The notes under the pieces were generated by a model. The model ran no database searches. It worked only from the letters and a program-made list of their open reading frames with translations, and had not been told where the DNA came from. From assembly GCA_010015805.1 (NCBI GenBank), contig ML978128.1:248001-312000 (forward strand): 64,000 nt of DNA, in the 5' to 3' direction. Position 1 is the first letter of the stretch. Each line of letters opens with the position of its first letter. Below, piece after piece: positions 24,119 to 35,560 of this stretch. A program made the translations under genes and the position numbers. The DNA comes from Rhizodiscina lignyota (taxonomy: Eukaryota).

Positions 24119-24318
24119 GGTTCCCGAAGTGCCGTACTTGGACGCTTGGATGCTGAATACCTGGCTCTTGCAACGTGCTGAACGCACGTTTGGGGTTCTC
24201 GTCCCATCTTATATTGACGTATGCATGAACCTGACGATCTCTCGGCGGCGATATTCGGCTTCCACAGTCTCGGCCTCCCCTGGGAAGCAAATATCCGCGG
24301 ATCGCTCTTAAGTTGACG

Positions 24319-24516
24319 GTGGAGTCCCAATATCTTGGTTCAGTCAAATGTGGGGACCAAAAGCCCTTAGGGTTGGCTGTGATCATGGTATTGCACGGGC
24401 ATAGCATGACTCGTCGTGCGCGGTTCTGCGTTTGTGTGCGGTGCGCTGCATGGCGACAGTGAGAGATAAACTCTGTCCCGTCTTATTCCCCACACCCATG
24501 GTTGTGGGGACCCCAC
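24319..24516. promoter_or_regulatory. Cluster of CreA/Mig1-type SYGGRG sites upstream of the MFS gene
   Basis: GTGGAG 24319, GTGGGG 24350, CCCCAC 24488, and inverted pair GTGGGG-A-CCCCAC 24504-24516; five matches in about 200 bp. Confidence 0.5.
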
Positions 24517-25509
24517 GAGGCTGGCCTGTGGGTCGTTTTAGCCCAGATTGAGCTTAAGAAAGCAACGATAGAGAGGACGGCGTCTTGGTCGAGACTTGGC
24601 TTGGAATGTGGCAAGGGGTTTCCAAAACGCCGAAGCTATGAAGAATCGCCGAGAAGTGGAACGACAGGAACTGTCTCTAGGTATGACTCTCAGTGGAACA
24701 TAAACAGTGAAAGAATAACTCTTCCATGCCGAGTCTGTACGTCTTCCTATAAAGAAAAGCGTATTTGCAGCTAATACAAATAGGCTTTCAGTATTTCTCG
24801 TACCAAGCCGCGTCCACAAGTCATGTGACTATGACGATGCCTCTCAGCAGAGAAGACGTAAATCGCCGCGCCCATTACTCGTAGCAAGCCCTCACCAACC
24901 GCTTCCGGACAAAAGCCCGACGGAAAAGCGTGTCTCTCAAGTCTCAACACGGTTGTACATACGGCTGGTACCTAGTACCGAAAGGTATGTACACGAGGCC
25001 TGAAGAACCCCTTGAAGCCGCCGAGCGGCACAGGTCCAGAATATGCAGGTTGCTGATATCTCGAATAACTCAGCTGTGGCTTTTGGGAGCTCTCACGAGA
25101 TCTTTTGGGGGGAACGAGCTACGAACAGTATTTGCTAACAGGATTTCCACTCCATTACAGGCTCTAAGGATTCTTACGGGATCTCATACTGCTAGACCAC
25201 AAAGTGCTAAGCGGGAGCTAGAAATTGAACTGCAAATGTACGCGGGATTGGAATACCGCCAGGACCAAACCCGCGTGGTGCTTGCGCCGGCCCTGGTCCA
25301 AATGGTTGGTTTGGTGGATGAGTACACATGAGTCGTTTGGTCAAGGAATTCCGTTTCTTAGGCAGTGCGACGGGTGTGATATCTCGTTTGACGGCCGAAA
25401 TCGTTGCGATATTACCTAAATCGTATATCAACGGGCACTATATGGACTATGTAGCCAAGAAGGGAGAACATTGGACTTGAATATACAGACTGATGTCTTT
25501 TCTCGGCTT

Positions 25510-26651
25510 TTAACTAGAAACGGGGAACCTATTCTTGTTCTTCTCAAACCAATTCATGTCATGGTGCAAAATGATCTCGACACCACCTTCATCCCTCAGC
25601 CTCCTGACGCGCTTGATGTGGGTCTCCGCAGCCTCCTTGTCGCTATGTGCGCATTTCAGACACCCTGTGGCCGCGTCGGTGTATGTAGAGACTTCTGCCT
25701 TGCCGTCGAGGAGGTCCGAATGATGGGCAGTGTCGCCTGCGAGGTAAATCCAGCCTCCGGATCGTTCGCGGACAAGGAGATTCACATGCCTGAAGGGCAA
25801 AGTTAGTAGTTTCCAAATGGGTAAAACTGATATGACTGCTGCTATATATCTGAACTCCCACACTGGTAGCAGTTCGATCAGTCCCATCAGCTCGCGAGAC
25901 TTTGTGATATTGATGGGAAATGCCTAAACAGTGCACATGCAAACAATAATGTCCACGAGATACTCACCCTGGGAGATGCCCTGGAGCATTAACAATAAAT
26001 ACACTCGAGTCGCCGAAGAAATCATGAGCCTCTGGGAAGGGGCCGAGAGGCTTCCAATAGCCCTCCGGTGCTTCTCCTGGGATTGGTAGCTCTTTCGCTC
26101 GGTCTCGTGGTAGCAGCTTGGAATCAAAATGTGAATGCTTATCCACGGGATATGCATTTTCTCCCCATAGCAGTTTGCCAGCTCCTGGCCCGACCATGAA
26201 CTGCGTATTAGGTCCAAATTTCGAGGGGTCTCCGCAATGATCATAGTGGATATGGGAAAGGAGGCACTTTCGTCTTCAGAAACCTTTCATTCATAAAACG
26301 CTGAGCGGTTCTTACCAGATCTATATCCTTCTGTGGATCCACGCCGCCCGCACGGAGGGAGTCAAAAACGTCTTCGGGAATTTCGGACTTGATTAGTTCC
26401 TGTAGCCGCTTATAAACACCTGGAGTGAAGTTTTCGATGTCCTTTCTCATCCCGAGGTCAAAAACCATTGATTTTCCAGAAGGATGACGGAGAAGCCAGC
26501 ACATGTCCGGAACACGGAAGTGAGTGGTATTGGTAGTATTAGGAGTCATGAATAGGTCAGAAGGGAGATGAAGGTAGCCTCCTTCAAGACGAGAGAGTTG
26601 AATAGTAGGTTGATTTGACGACGGTTCTGGGAGAGGTATGAAGTCTGACAT
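25510..26651 (-). CDS. Metallo-beta-lactamase-fold hydrolase (AHL-lactonase-like fungal lactonase/lactamase), 3 exons
   Basis: VFDLGMRKD; spliced LLSHIHYDHCGDP (HxHxDH); HDFFGDSS; NAPGHLPGHVNLL; YLAGDTAH; terminal ILHHD; introns about 26268-26315 and 25790-25967. Confidence 0.92.
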
Positions 26652-26918
26652 TTTGTGCGAAATGTGACTCAAATTATACGTGAGTAAAGAAATGAGGCAA
26701 TGGAATTATCGATTGCACAGGATAGAGTCTTTTGATCTCCTAAGATATATTGTTGGATTTGAGGTTGTGGTGGAAGAAGAGTTGCCGCTCACTCCCCGCA
26801 CCTTTGACATACCAACCGGGAGGCGGGTTCCGGAGATAAATTTGGTGAAAGAGGTATTGGGTAGAAAATATAAATGTAAAATTAAAATAACTGTTTATGT
26901 TTTCTGCACTTTACCACC

Positions 26919-27752
26919 ATGGGCCGCCTCGAGAACAAGGTGGCCATCGTTACAGGAGCCGCATCTGGCTTTGGAGCTAATATCGCACAAGCAATTGTCC
27001 GCGAAGGCGGCAAAGTAATTGCTGCAGATATCGACATTGAAGGAGGACAAAATATAACAGAACAACTAAATAAATCTTCACCAGACTCGGCTGCATTTGT
27101 TGACTTCGACTGTACGAAGAAGGTCGCGTGGGAAGTCGGGCTCCAAACCGCCATAGATAAATGGGGAAAGCTGGATATCGTCTGCTCGAATGCGGGTGTC
27201 TCCTACAGACGAAAACCTACTGCAGAGGTTACGGAAGACGAGTTTGACCGGGTAATGGGCGTAAACGTCAAAGCGCTGTACCAAGCAGTTGTTGTTATCG
27301 TCCCGTATTTCGAGAAAATGAAGCGTGGAGTTTTTTGTTCCACGTCTTCGGTCGCTGGAGGTAGAGTTCGACCCGGCCAAGGAATCTATGGCTGCTCCAA
27401 AGGCGCCGTCAACAATGTGGGAGGGATCTCTATTTCGTCTATATTGTATCATGAAGGCTGACTCAAATTGGTGCAGCTGATCCAAGCACTTGCAGCAAAA
27501 TACGGTCCGTCAGGCATCCGTTTCAATGCAGTTGCACCATTAAGAGCTCCAACTAAAATTGTGGGAGTGATTCAAGGGGAGGGTTGGAAAGATAGTAAGG
27601 AGGAGTGGGAGAAGTTTGGCAAGACTGTGCCCCTTCAGAGGGTGACCACAATGGAAGATATTAGCAACGCAGTTGTGTATTTGATAAGTGAAGAGGCCGC
27701 CTTCGTTACGGGAGTAATATTGCCAGTGGATGGGGGGAGATTGGCAGTGTAA
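26919..27752 (+). CDS. Classical short-chain dehydrogenase/reductase (FabG-like)
   Basis: VAIVTGAASGFG, CSNAG, YGCSK (YxxxK), RFNAVAP, TGVILPVDGG; 60-nt intron 27417-27476. Confidence 0.93.
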
Positions 27753-27810
27753 ATAGGGCCGATGTGGGAAATTAACTGACGATGTCTTGTCAGGGGCTGT
27801 CCGATTGAGC

Positions 27811-28640
27811 TTAGTGCACCTTGCGATTGTGTCGCTGCGAGGGTCTTCTCGCGGACCTTCTCGCGATATTTCTTCTCGTATTTTTTTCGTGTTGGTTCTT
27901 AGATACTGCGTTAGCCTGCTCACGATTGTGCCACCACCGCTGATATTCAGCGTTGGTGAAACCCGAGCGAGCATTACTCCGTCGCCTGTTCTTCTCCTCT
28001 CTGGATGTTGATCTCACTGACATCGTATTTTGGCAGCGCGTGCGAATGGCTTGTGAACCGAGTTGCGCCTTCTTTTTGCTGTCGCGGCGTTCATGCCACT
28101 CCTCGAGCCGGCTTATGTCTACATCGTGATCGTCTTCCTGCGCGAAGCGTTGAAGGGTGTGGATTGTCTTCGTGAGGCGTTCAGCATTCGCACCGTATAT
28201 GATGAATTCTAGGTGATCGACAGGCGACACACGAAGGCTGAAGAGAGGGAAAACTCAAGGAACGCTAGGAGCCAGACAAGAACTGGTTTCTCTCTGAAGT
28301 CGAGATTGGTACGGTTTGAAGGACGGAAACCGTATGGAGCTGGGTGAAGAGAATGATGTTGCCGAAACTCGTCCTGGATATCCGTCGGCAACGCCTGTCA
28401 GAAGCTCGTATCTAGGACTCGTCGATGCTGGGACTTTCGTGTGAGGTATTCTCTTGCCCCGAAAGAAGGCTAAGCACGGCTTCGTCTCGTGCATCGTGAG
28501 GTAGACTTGCTCTGGCGGTGATGACTGGATAATTCCATTCTTCGCGCGAGGAGTACGATTATCGGAGACGAAGTATGAAGGGAGCTTCTGCCGCTATTTG
28601 TTATGTTCTTTGGAGAGCTGGCCGATTCGTAGTCATGGCA
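27811..28640 (-). pseudogene. Possible decayed or orphan gene of unknown family
   Basis: 139-aa protein-like ORF (VDHLEFIIYGANAERLTKTIHTLQRF...) without ATG; upstream frames from ATG at about 28636 are interrupted by several stops; no recognisable motif. Confidence 0.25.
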
Positions 28641-28759
28641 TTCGTTGAAAGATTTTTACTATAGTCAATTAACATCACTCGTTTCGCATCAAGCTCTGTA
28701 CATGTTCCGCTCATTTTGCGCACTACTCATACCCAAGTTTGAATATAAAGAGGGATACT

Positions 28760-29596
28760 TCAATGCTGCTTCCGCGCCACCGCAACAAAAACACCATCGA
28801 CATCCTCTACCTTTCCGTTAACACTTGCCTTCTCCCACTCTCTTTTAAAGGCCTCCAGCGCTTTCTCCCGTACCTCAGTTGGTTTCCTGAAGTTACGCCC
28901 ACTCTCTGTCATTAGCTGACTGACGAACCTATCTTCGGCTTCATCTATGCCGAAATATTGGGTACCGAGGCGTGTCTGCTCAACAAACTCTTCTCGCTCA
29001 ACGACCAATCCGGCATTTTCAAGTGCTTCTTTCAATGAGTGTTGCCCTTTCACCCAAGATCGATGATAAGGAACGGGAACTCCGATTTGTTCGCCAACAG
29101 TTTCGAGCAACTTCCCAACCATGAGATTGCGTGGGTGTGGAGCATCAGTAATGAGTTTTCCCCCAGGTCTTAGGTACCGTGTCCATACAGCCAAGGCAGC
29201 ATTGGCATCCTTGAGCAAAACGAGTGCAGATGCGCATGTAATAACATCGAACTGCTTCTCTTTGAGGTCTGGAAGGCCATCAAGATCCGCAATGTCGTGC
29301 AAAAAGAGCTCAATGTTTGCCGCCCGGTCACCTTTCTGCTGTTTCTTTGCTTGCGCTACGCCGAGCATGCCTTCGCTCACATCCACCCCAATGACTTTCC
29401 CGGATGGGCCAACTCTGTTTGCTGTATCGAAGGTGATGAGTCCTGTTCCGCATGCTAGATCGAGTACTTGGTCGCCAGGCTGTATTCCTGCCATTTCGGT
29501 GAAAGTCCTTGCAAAGCTCGGATGCCATGAGTTCTCGTAGTTGTCAGCTCGAAAGTTGTAAAGACGCTTTGCAGCATCTGCCTGCGTTTCTGCCAT
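28760..29596 (-). CDS. Class I SAM-dependent methyltransferase (UbiE/COQ5-like)
   Basis: VLDLACGTG motif I, VIGVDVSEGML, FDVITCASAL, LRPGGKL; intronless. Confidence 0.92.
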   Translation of the reverse strand: MAETQADAAKRLYNFRADNYENSWHPSFARTFTEMAGIQPGDQVLDLACGTGLITFDTANRVGPSGKVIGVDVSEGMLGVAQAKKQQKGDRAANIELFLHDIADLDGLPDLKEKQFDVITCASALVLLKDANAALAVWTRYLRPGGKLITDAPHPRNLMVGKLLETVGEQIGVPVPYHRSWVKGQHSLKEALENAGLVVEREEFVEQTRLGTQYFGIDEAEDRFVSQLMTESGRNFRKPTEVREKALEAFKREWEKASVNGKVEDVDGVFVAVARKQH

Positions 29597-30446
29597 TTTG
29601 TAAAATTGCGCTTGAGGTGTGGCAATTATTGATAGAAAACGGGTGCTTTGGACAGTAGAGAGATTGAGCACGCGAAGGCAATCTGTTTGGGGAGAATAGG
29701 ACAGTTCCAAAACGCTCACTCGACTAGGTACAGACCATTGCCCTTAAACAAGTCGCTAGGCCTTTAGAAAAATTAAAATTATGGCACAGGTAAGGCGTTT
29801 GGATGGGAATATAGTAGCTGTGAAAACACGAGATGGACTTCCACGGCATGCCGTCGATTGTGTGATTATAGACTAACCCCAATCCAGCTGAAAATACGTG
29901 CGTTATTTTTGACCCCTTGTCGGAACATTCGAAACCTCCCAAGTGGGCGACAAAAGAGTTGAGTCGCAGCTGTAGTATATCCTCGGAAGCTACTCTAGAT
30001 TATATATATTAGAACTACTTGTTTTAGATAAATATTATCTAGCGTCTATTTACTCAAACTTTTAGAGATGCTCTTATTCGTGTTGAAGAACAGATTCGTC
30101 CTTACTGCAGGCTGCAGCCGTTCAGTTAATCGGGTTCAACTATTTTGTCACGCACGTGTCTCCGAATACGGGTACTGCAGGAGTCACGTAACAGGAGCCA
30201 TCGAGATCCTTCAAAGATCGCCTTGAAACACTCATCGAGTATCGTACTGCGCCCCCAAAGTGTAGGTTCTGTAAGAATGGCTGCCTTGAACACCAGCGAA
30301 CACTGCGTGCCAATATCCATACGTAGAAGTGTGTTCTTGCCTAACACCAACACTTCATTCTCCTCACCCTTTTCAATGTCCATCACTTAACAGCATATAT
30401 GTTTTGACAATGACATTCACTTCCATGCTTCCTGTCTCACCCGAAG

Positions 30447-32005
30447 ATGGGCACACAGAGAGCTTTGCACCGAGTCAAGGAGCGCCTTGAGTGGCTGCTC
30501 GATGAATGCGGACTGTACGCGGTTGTTAACGCTGGACCTGACATCCATCTTCTCATCCTATCTCGTGTCAATCGAATGCTCTCCTTTGGTACGTTTAACA
30601 TCCCCGTGTTATGAACATCCCTCATTGTTTGACAGGAGCTACCGCGCTCGTACTTGCACTTTACCTTAACGAACTCGGATTTTCAGATGAGTGGACAGGT
30701 CTTCTCTTTAGCTTGACATTATTGGGAGATGTTGTTCTGAGCTTGCTCATGACAATGGCCGCTGACCACTTTGGCCGCCGTCGAACTCTTGTCCTGACAT
30801 CCGCCCTCGCTATTCTGTCGAGTGTGGTATTCGCAATATCTGGAAATTATTACATCCTGCTCCTGGCCGCAATTCTCGGAGTTATTTCGCCAAGTGGCAC
30901 CGAAATCGGGCCCGATCGAGCCATTGAAGAGAGCATCATCGCTCAATTGGCAGAAGAGAATCGGAGAACCGATCTTTATACGTGGTACAATACTCTATCG
31001 ATGCTTGGAGCCGCCCTTGGAATTGCTGTGAGCGGACTCATGGTGGGCTTTGTCCGCGAAAAGCTTGGTGGAACGGCTATCCAGGCTTACCGCTCCATCT
31101 TCTGGTTGAACGCGATACTAGCCTTCATCAAAGCTATCCTAGCTTTGTTGCTCTCTAAGCGATGTGAGCGACCTGCAGAGGATTGTACTCCAGCTTCTAC
31201 ATCGGAGAACGGAATAATCGCAGAGTCGCCTACGCGCGAAATCGACGAGACAGAACCACTGCTTCAGCAGGTCGGTCGAACATCAGAGCCCTGTAATGGC
31301 CCGGATCTACCTCAAGTGGAATTGCAGCCGAAGAATCACTGGAGCCGACTCTGGCCCTTCTCAAAGGACTCGACACTGACCATCCTCCTTCTGTGTGGAC
31401 TGTTCTCTCTCGATTCATTCGCAAGTGGATTGGTTCCATACAGCTTGATCAATCTGTACTTGGAGCGAAAATTTTCGATCCCAGAGAAGACTCTCGGGGG
31501 CATCATGTCCGGCTCTCTGCTTTTATGCGTTCCGTTCAATCTCCTTGCCCCTGCGATTGCGAAACGGATCGGAAACGTCAAGACAATGGTCTTTGGGCAC
31601 CTGCCTGCTGCGGTGCTTCTGAGTCTTGTTCCAGCTCCTTCATCTCCCTTCCTCACCTTCGCAATTATATACGCTCGGCAGAGCGTGAATTCAATGGATC
31701 AAGCACCTCGCTCAGCGTTTGTATCTGCCGTGGTCCTTCCTGAAGAACGCACAGCGGTGATGGGGCTATCCAACGTTTTGAAGACGTTCAGCCAGAGTTT
31801 TGGACCAGGCATTTCGGGGGTACTGGCGGGTCGGAAGCTCTTCTGGGTTGCTTTTGTGCTTGCGGGTGCTTTGAAGGCACTCTATGATGTTGGGCTGTTG
31901 GCGATGTTTGAATACGCCAAGTTGCACAATCGTAAGAAAGCTTACAATGGCGCAATTCCGGACGAAGAAGTCTCTGTGGAGACTTCGCGCCAAGAGGAGG
32001 CCTAA
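30447..32005 (+). CDS. MFS transporter (YJR124C-like)
   Basis: Exon 1 MGTQ...ILSRVNRMLSFG, intron about 30589-30635, then ADHFGRRRTL, GVISPSGTEIGP, AKRIGNVKTMVF, SMDQAPRSAF, ERTAVMG. Confidence 0.88.
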
Positions 32006-32256
32006 GGTTCTCCTTAGAGGGCCATGATTCAGTCAACTCAGAACTCGTTGTCAGACGGCGGAGAGGCACTTGTTGAAGCTTTGGATAGTCAAGCAATTAC
32101 TAAAGTATTTTAGATGGGATTGATAAATAAATACAATTAAATTGTTACATATCCACATTTTCTTTGTCGTGATGAAAGTCTGCAGCGCAGCGGGAGTGCT
32201 TCTTTACGCACAAACATACTTTCAGCGGTTCGCTGAAGCCTCAAACTTCTTCAACA

Positions 32257-33388
32257 ATGGCCCCAGCTCAGCTTCAGCACCGGCGAACGCACAATTTACT
32301 TCTAATCAAGAAACTGCTGGACTGTCGCGACAATGCATCACCGTTTACACTCGTCATTGATTCTTTGGCGCAGGGGGCACGGCATCTCCTTCGAGAGGTG
32401 ATTGTGCGAGGCAAAGTAGGAAAACTCTTTCAGCTACCAATTTTTCTCATTATTCTGACTTATTTAGCAGAAATCAAAAACACGGACCATATATCTATCC
32501 TTTGAGACTTTAAAGATACCAACTGGAGTTGATGTCAGCGTACCTGCACACTCCCTGGACGTACAAGGCCTTCAGCGAGAGTTGAGCAGGCACTTGAAGG
32601 ATCCTCAGCAGCGTTCGTTGCTTCAAATTCGTCTATTGGCAAACACATTATACTAATATCTCGAAGGGAGTATCTTGATATTCGACTCATTGAACATCTT
32701 CCTACACTACCCATCAGTGTCACCAGAACTTCCGTCCATTCTTTCATCTCTCATTAGCCCAAGCACTTCTCTGGTAGCTGTGTACCATTCGGATGTCCCA
32801 GTTCCGCATGATGCAACCTCATACTCCCCTTCTTCACTCACGCTGCTCAAATATCTCGCTACTACAATCATAACGACGCATTCTTTGACTCATGTGCTCG
32901 CCGCAAAACAAGCTCGGCAGCGGAGCCTTGCCGAGCCTGTCTTTGGACTTGCAGAAGAGAAGGAAGGTATCATCGTCGGGTTGGGTAGCAATGACAGAAG
33001 AGGAACGGTGATTGAGATGGAGTATCGACGGAAGTCCGGGCGCGCTGTGCATGAGCTGTTCTTCCTTCCAAGACGCAGGTCTAAAGCAACAGATTCTCTC
33101 CAGGGCAAAGGTGCCTTCATCGAAAACATCATGCTTCTGGACGACCACCCACGGTACAAAGTCGCCGGGGCAGAGGGATTCGATTTGACTTCTCCCGGAG
33201 CAGGAGAGGGCGAGGGAATAGATAGCACGTTCAATCTTGGTCTCACGGAGAGGCAGAGGAGGGACAGGGAAGGGGTTGTGCTCCCGTACTTTGACGCCCA
33301 GAATGAGGGAGGAGTTGGCGAGGGAGGGAGAATCTTGTACGAGATGGGCGTTGAAGATGATTTCGATGAAGAAGAGGATGAGATATAG
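32257..33388 (+). CDS. ELP5: Elongator complex subunit 5 (Iki1/Hap2), 3 exons
   Basis: SPFTLVIDSL, MEYRRKSGR, STFNLGLTERQRRDREGVVLPYFDAQ, GRILYE...DDFDEEEDEI; introns about 32416-32467 and 32613-32666. Confidence 0.9.
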
Positions 33389-33743
33389 TCATGATCTCTC
33401 TTTGAATTGTCTCTGCTGTGGAGCTTTCTCTCCCTCGTGGCCTTTGGGTGTTTTCGAGTTGCTAATACAACGAGCAGCCCATCCATGGTGTGGGTGAGCT
33501 GTACCGAAATTTTAGGTACTGCCGGCCCCGAGCATTGGTTGCCCCCCGGGTGCCTTCTCCTAGATTTTTGCGATCGGAGGACATCCTTGTCTTGGTAGCG
33601 AGTATTTTAAGGATACAAAACCGCTAACTAGATGTGTTGATATTTGTATCAAAAAGTTGCGGGGGATGTAATTTATTCAACATGCCGCAAACGCATCGTC
33701 ATCTGTTCCTCAAGACTGCGAAAGCTCAATCCCCCGACGCGAA

Positions 33744-35118
33744 ATGTCGGCTCCACGACTCTACTTCCTATACCCTGCCTTCTATAGATCAATACAAGCT
33801 TCAGAACAGGCTTCCTTACGTGCAAAGCCCAAGCGCAACCCTCTTGCCTCCCAACCTAGAGCCGCATTCAGCTCTCGCCGTCGAAGCAACGCAGAGGCAC
33901 GACCTCACCAACGATATGGAACAGCAAATGCGCCCCCGCCGCACCTGGCACCGAGGCCAAACCAGACAACTGCCGTCGAATTGAAAGACCAAAAGCCATC
34001 CGACAGCCAAAAGCCACCCGACAGCCAAAAGCAACAAGAGCCGTCAGACGAGAAAGAGTCTGAAAGGATAGTGATTGGGGGAACGTTTAGCCAGAAACAC
34101 GACTCAGATAATTCAGAGAAGGCCGAGGAGCCTCCTCAGCCGCCACCAGAAGAGCCTAAACCCAATGACGATCCCCCTGTTCAAGGTCCCTACGTCGCTC
34201 CATCCAACCCCATAGAAACCGTCCTTCAAATGCCCTCGCCCGCCGAATCGGCCGCTGAGGAGAAAAAGCAAAAGCCCCCGCACCTCCAACCCCCTCCATA
34301 TGTACACCATTTCGACACCTACTCTTTGGTGCAAGACCTTGAGAAGGGCAACTTCAAGTACGGACAATCGGTGGAGCTCATGAAAGCGATGCGCAGCATC
34401 CTCGCCGAGAATCTGGGCGTTGCGCGCGACGGACTGGTGTCGAAGAGCAACGTTGAGAATGAGACGTACCTCTTTAGAGCAGCGTGCAGCGAGTTGAAGA
34501 CGGAGATTCAAAATAACCGGAAGGGTGAGATGGAGAAGATGCGTGCGCAGAGGACACAGTTACAGCATGAAGTCGATATTCTGACGCAGAAGATGACGCA
34601 AGGGATTCAGAGTATGAAGGATGACCTGAAGGGGCTGTTTGATGACCGGAAGATGAATGTGAAGATGGAGCAGAGGACTATGGAGAGTAGGGTATGTCTT
34701 CTAGCTTGGAACTTCAATATGTTTGTTTTGGGCACAATACTGACCACCAGTGCAGATCCAAGAGCTTAACTACAAGATCACGGTCACACTCAACTCGGAC
34801 GCTCGAAGTGACGTGGAAAGCATGAGATGGGTCCTCACACGCCGCGCAGCGCTCGCCTTAGTCATCGTCGCTCTAGCGGTGCTGGGCACACTCCGATATA
34901 CAGCATACATGACACAAATGCAAGAGGAGGAGAGGAAGAAGCTCGCACAGTCCCATGGCGGGGCCGGAAAAGATGGCAATCCTGGCAGCTCTGGTTCCGG
35001 AGCGACTGGTGTAGCGACCGGCAATCCAGGATCGGTGGTGAGCAAGGGAATGGGCGAAGGGGAAGAAGGACTCCTGGTTAGCGAGAGCGGTGGTCGTGGT
35101 TATGTTTCTTTGGGATAG
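33744..35118 (+). CDS. Mitochondrial CCDC90/MCUR1-like coiled-coil protein (DUF1640; Fmp32/Put6/Put7 family)
   Basis: Arg/Ser-rich presequence; YVHHFDTYSLV, NETYLFRAACSEL, coiled coil, ESMRWVLTRR followed by a transmembrane segment; intron about 34692-34755. Confidence 0.85.
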
Positions 35119-35560
35119 AGTTCTATACATGTATGGTTTTAGACAGATACCCCAGACCAATCAGTTTGAATGATGTGAATTAACTAATTTCGTAAATTTG
35201 GCTAATTCGGATTTGGCTATGTCTAACGTGAATTTTTCGATAGTTATACGACTGAGGATGAGCATCTCAGTCGAAGGCACAAAAGTATCATCAATGGTAA
35301 ATAAACTAGTGGCTCAAACTTGTTGACTCATCAAAGGAGCGTCTCCACTCCATCTCAAGCTGCGGCGACCTATGAACAGTCACGTTAATATTCACGTCAG
35401 CCAGTCCATCTGTCGAGTAATCGGAACCCAGCAAGCGCGGCTATTCACGAAAGTGCACCTTCAAGAGTCCGGGGGATCAAAACCTCGTTATCGGCTGGAT
35501 TCACGTTGGAGCGTCTTCAACGGCCGTAAGAAGTACTTCAATCTTGTGCTATCATTTGAA

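Noticed and set aside
29985..30075. AT/TpA-rich patch suggesting RIP
   Set aside because: Under 100 bp and no repeat-family context
32465..32470. NAGNAG tandem acceptor in ELP5
   Set aside because: Would change only one Gln; common and without evident consequence
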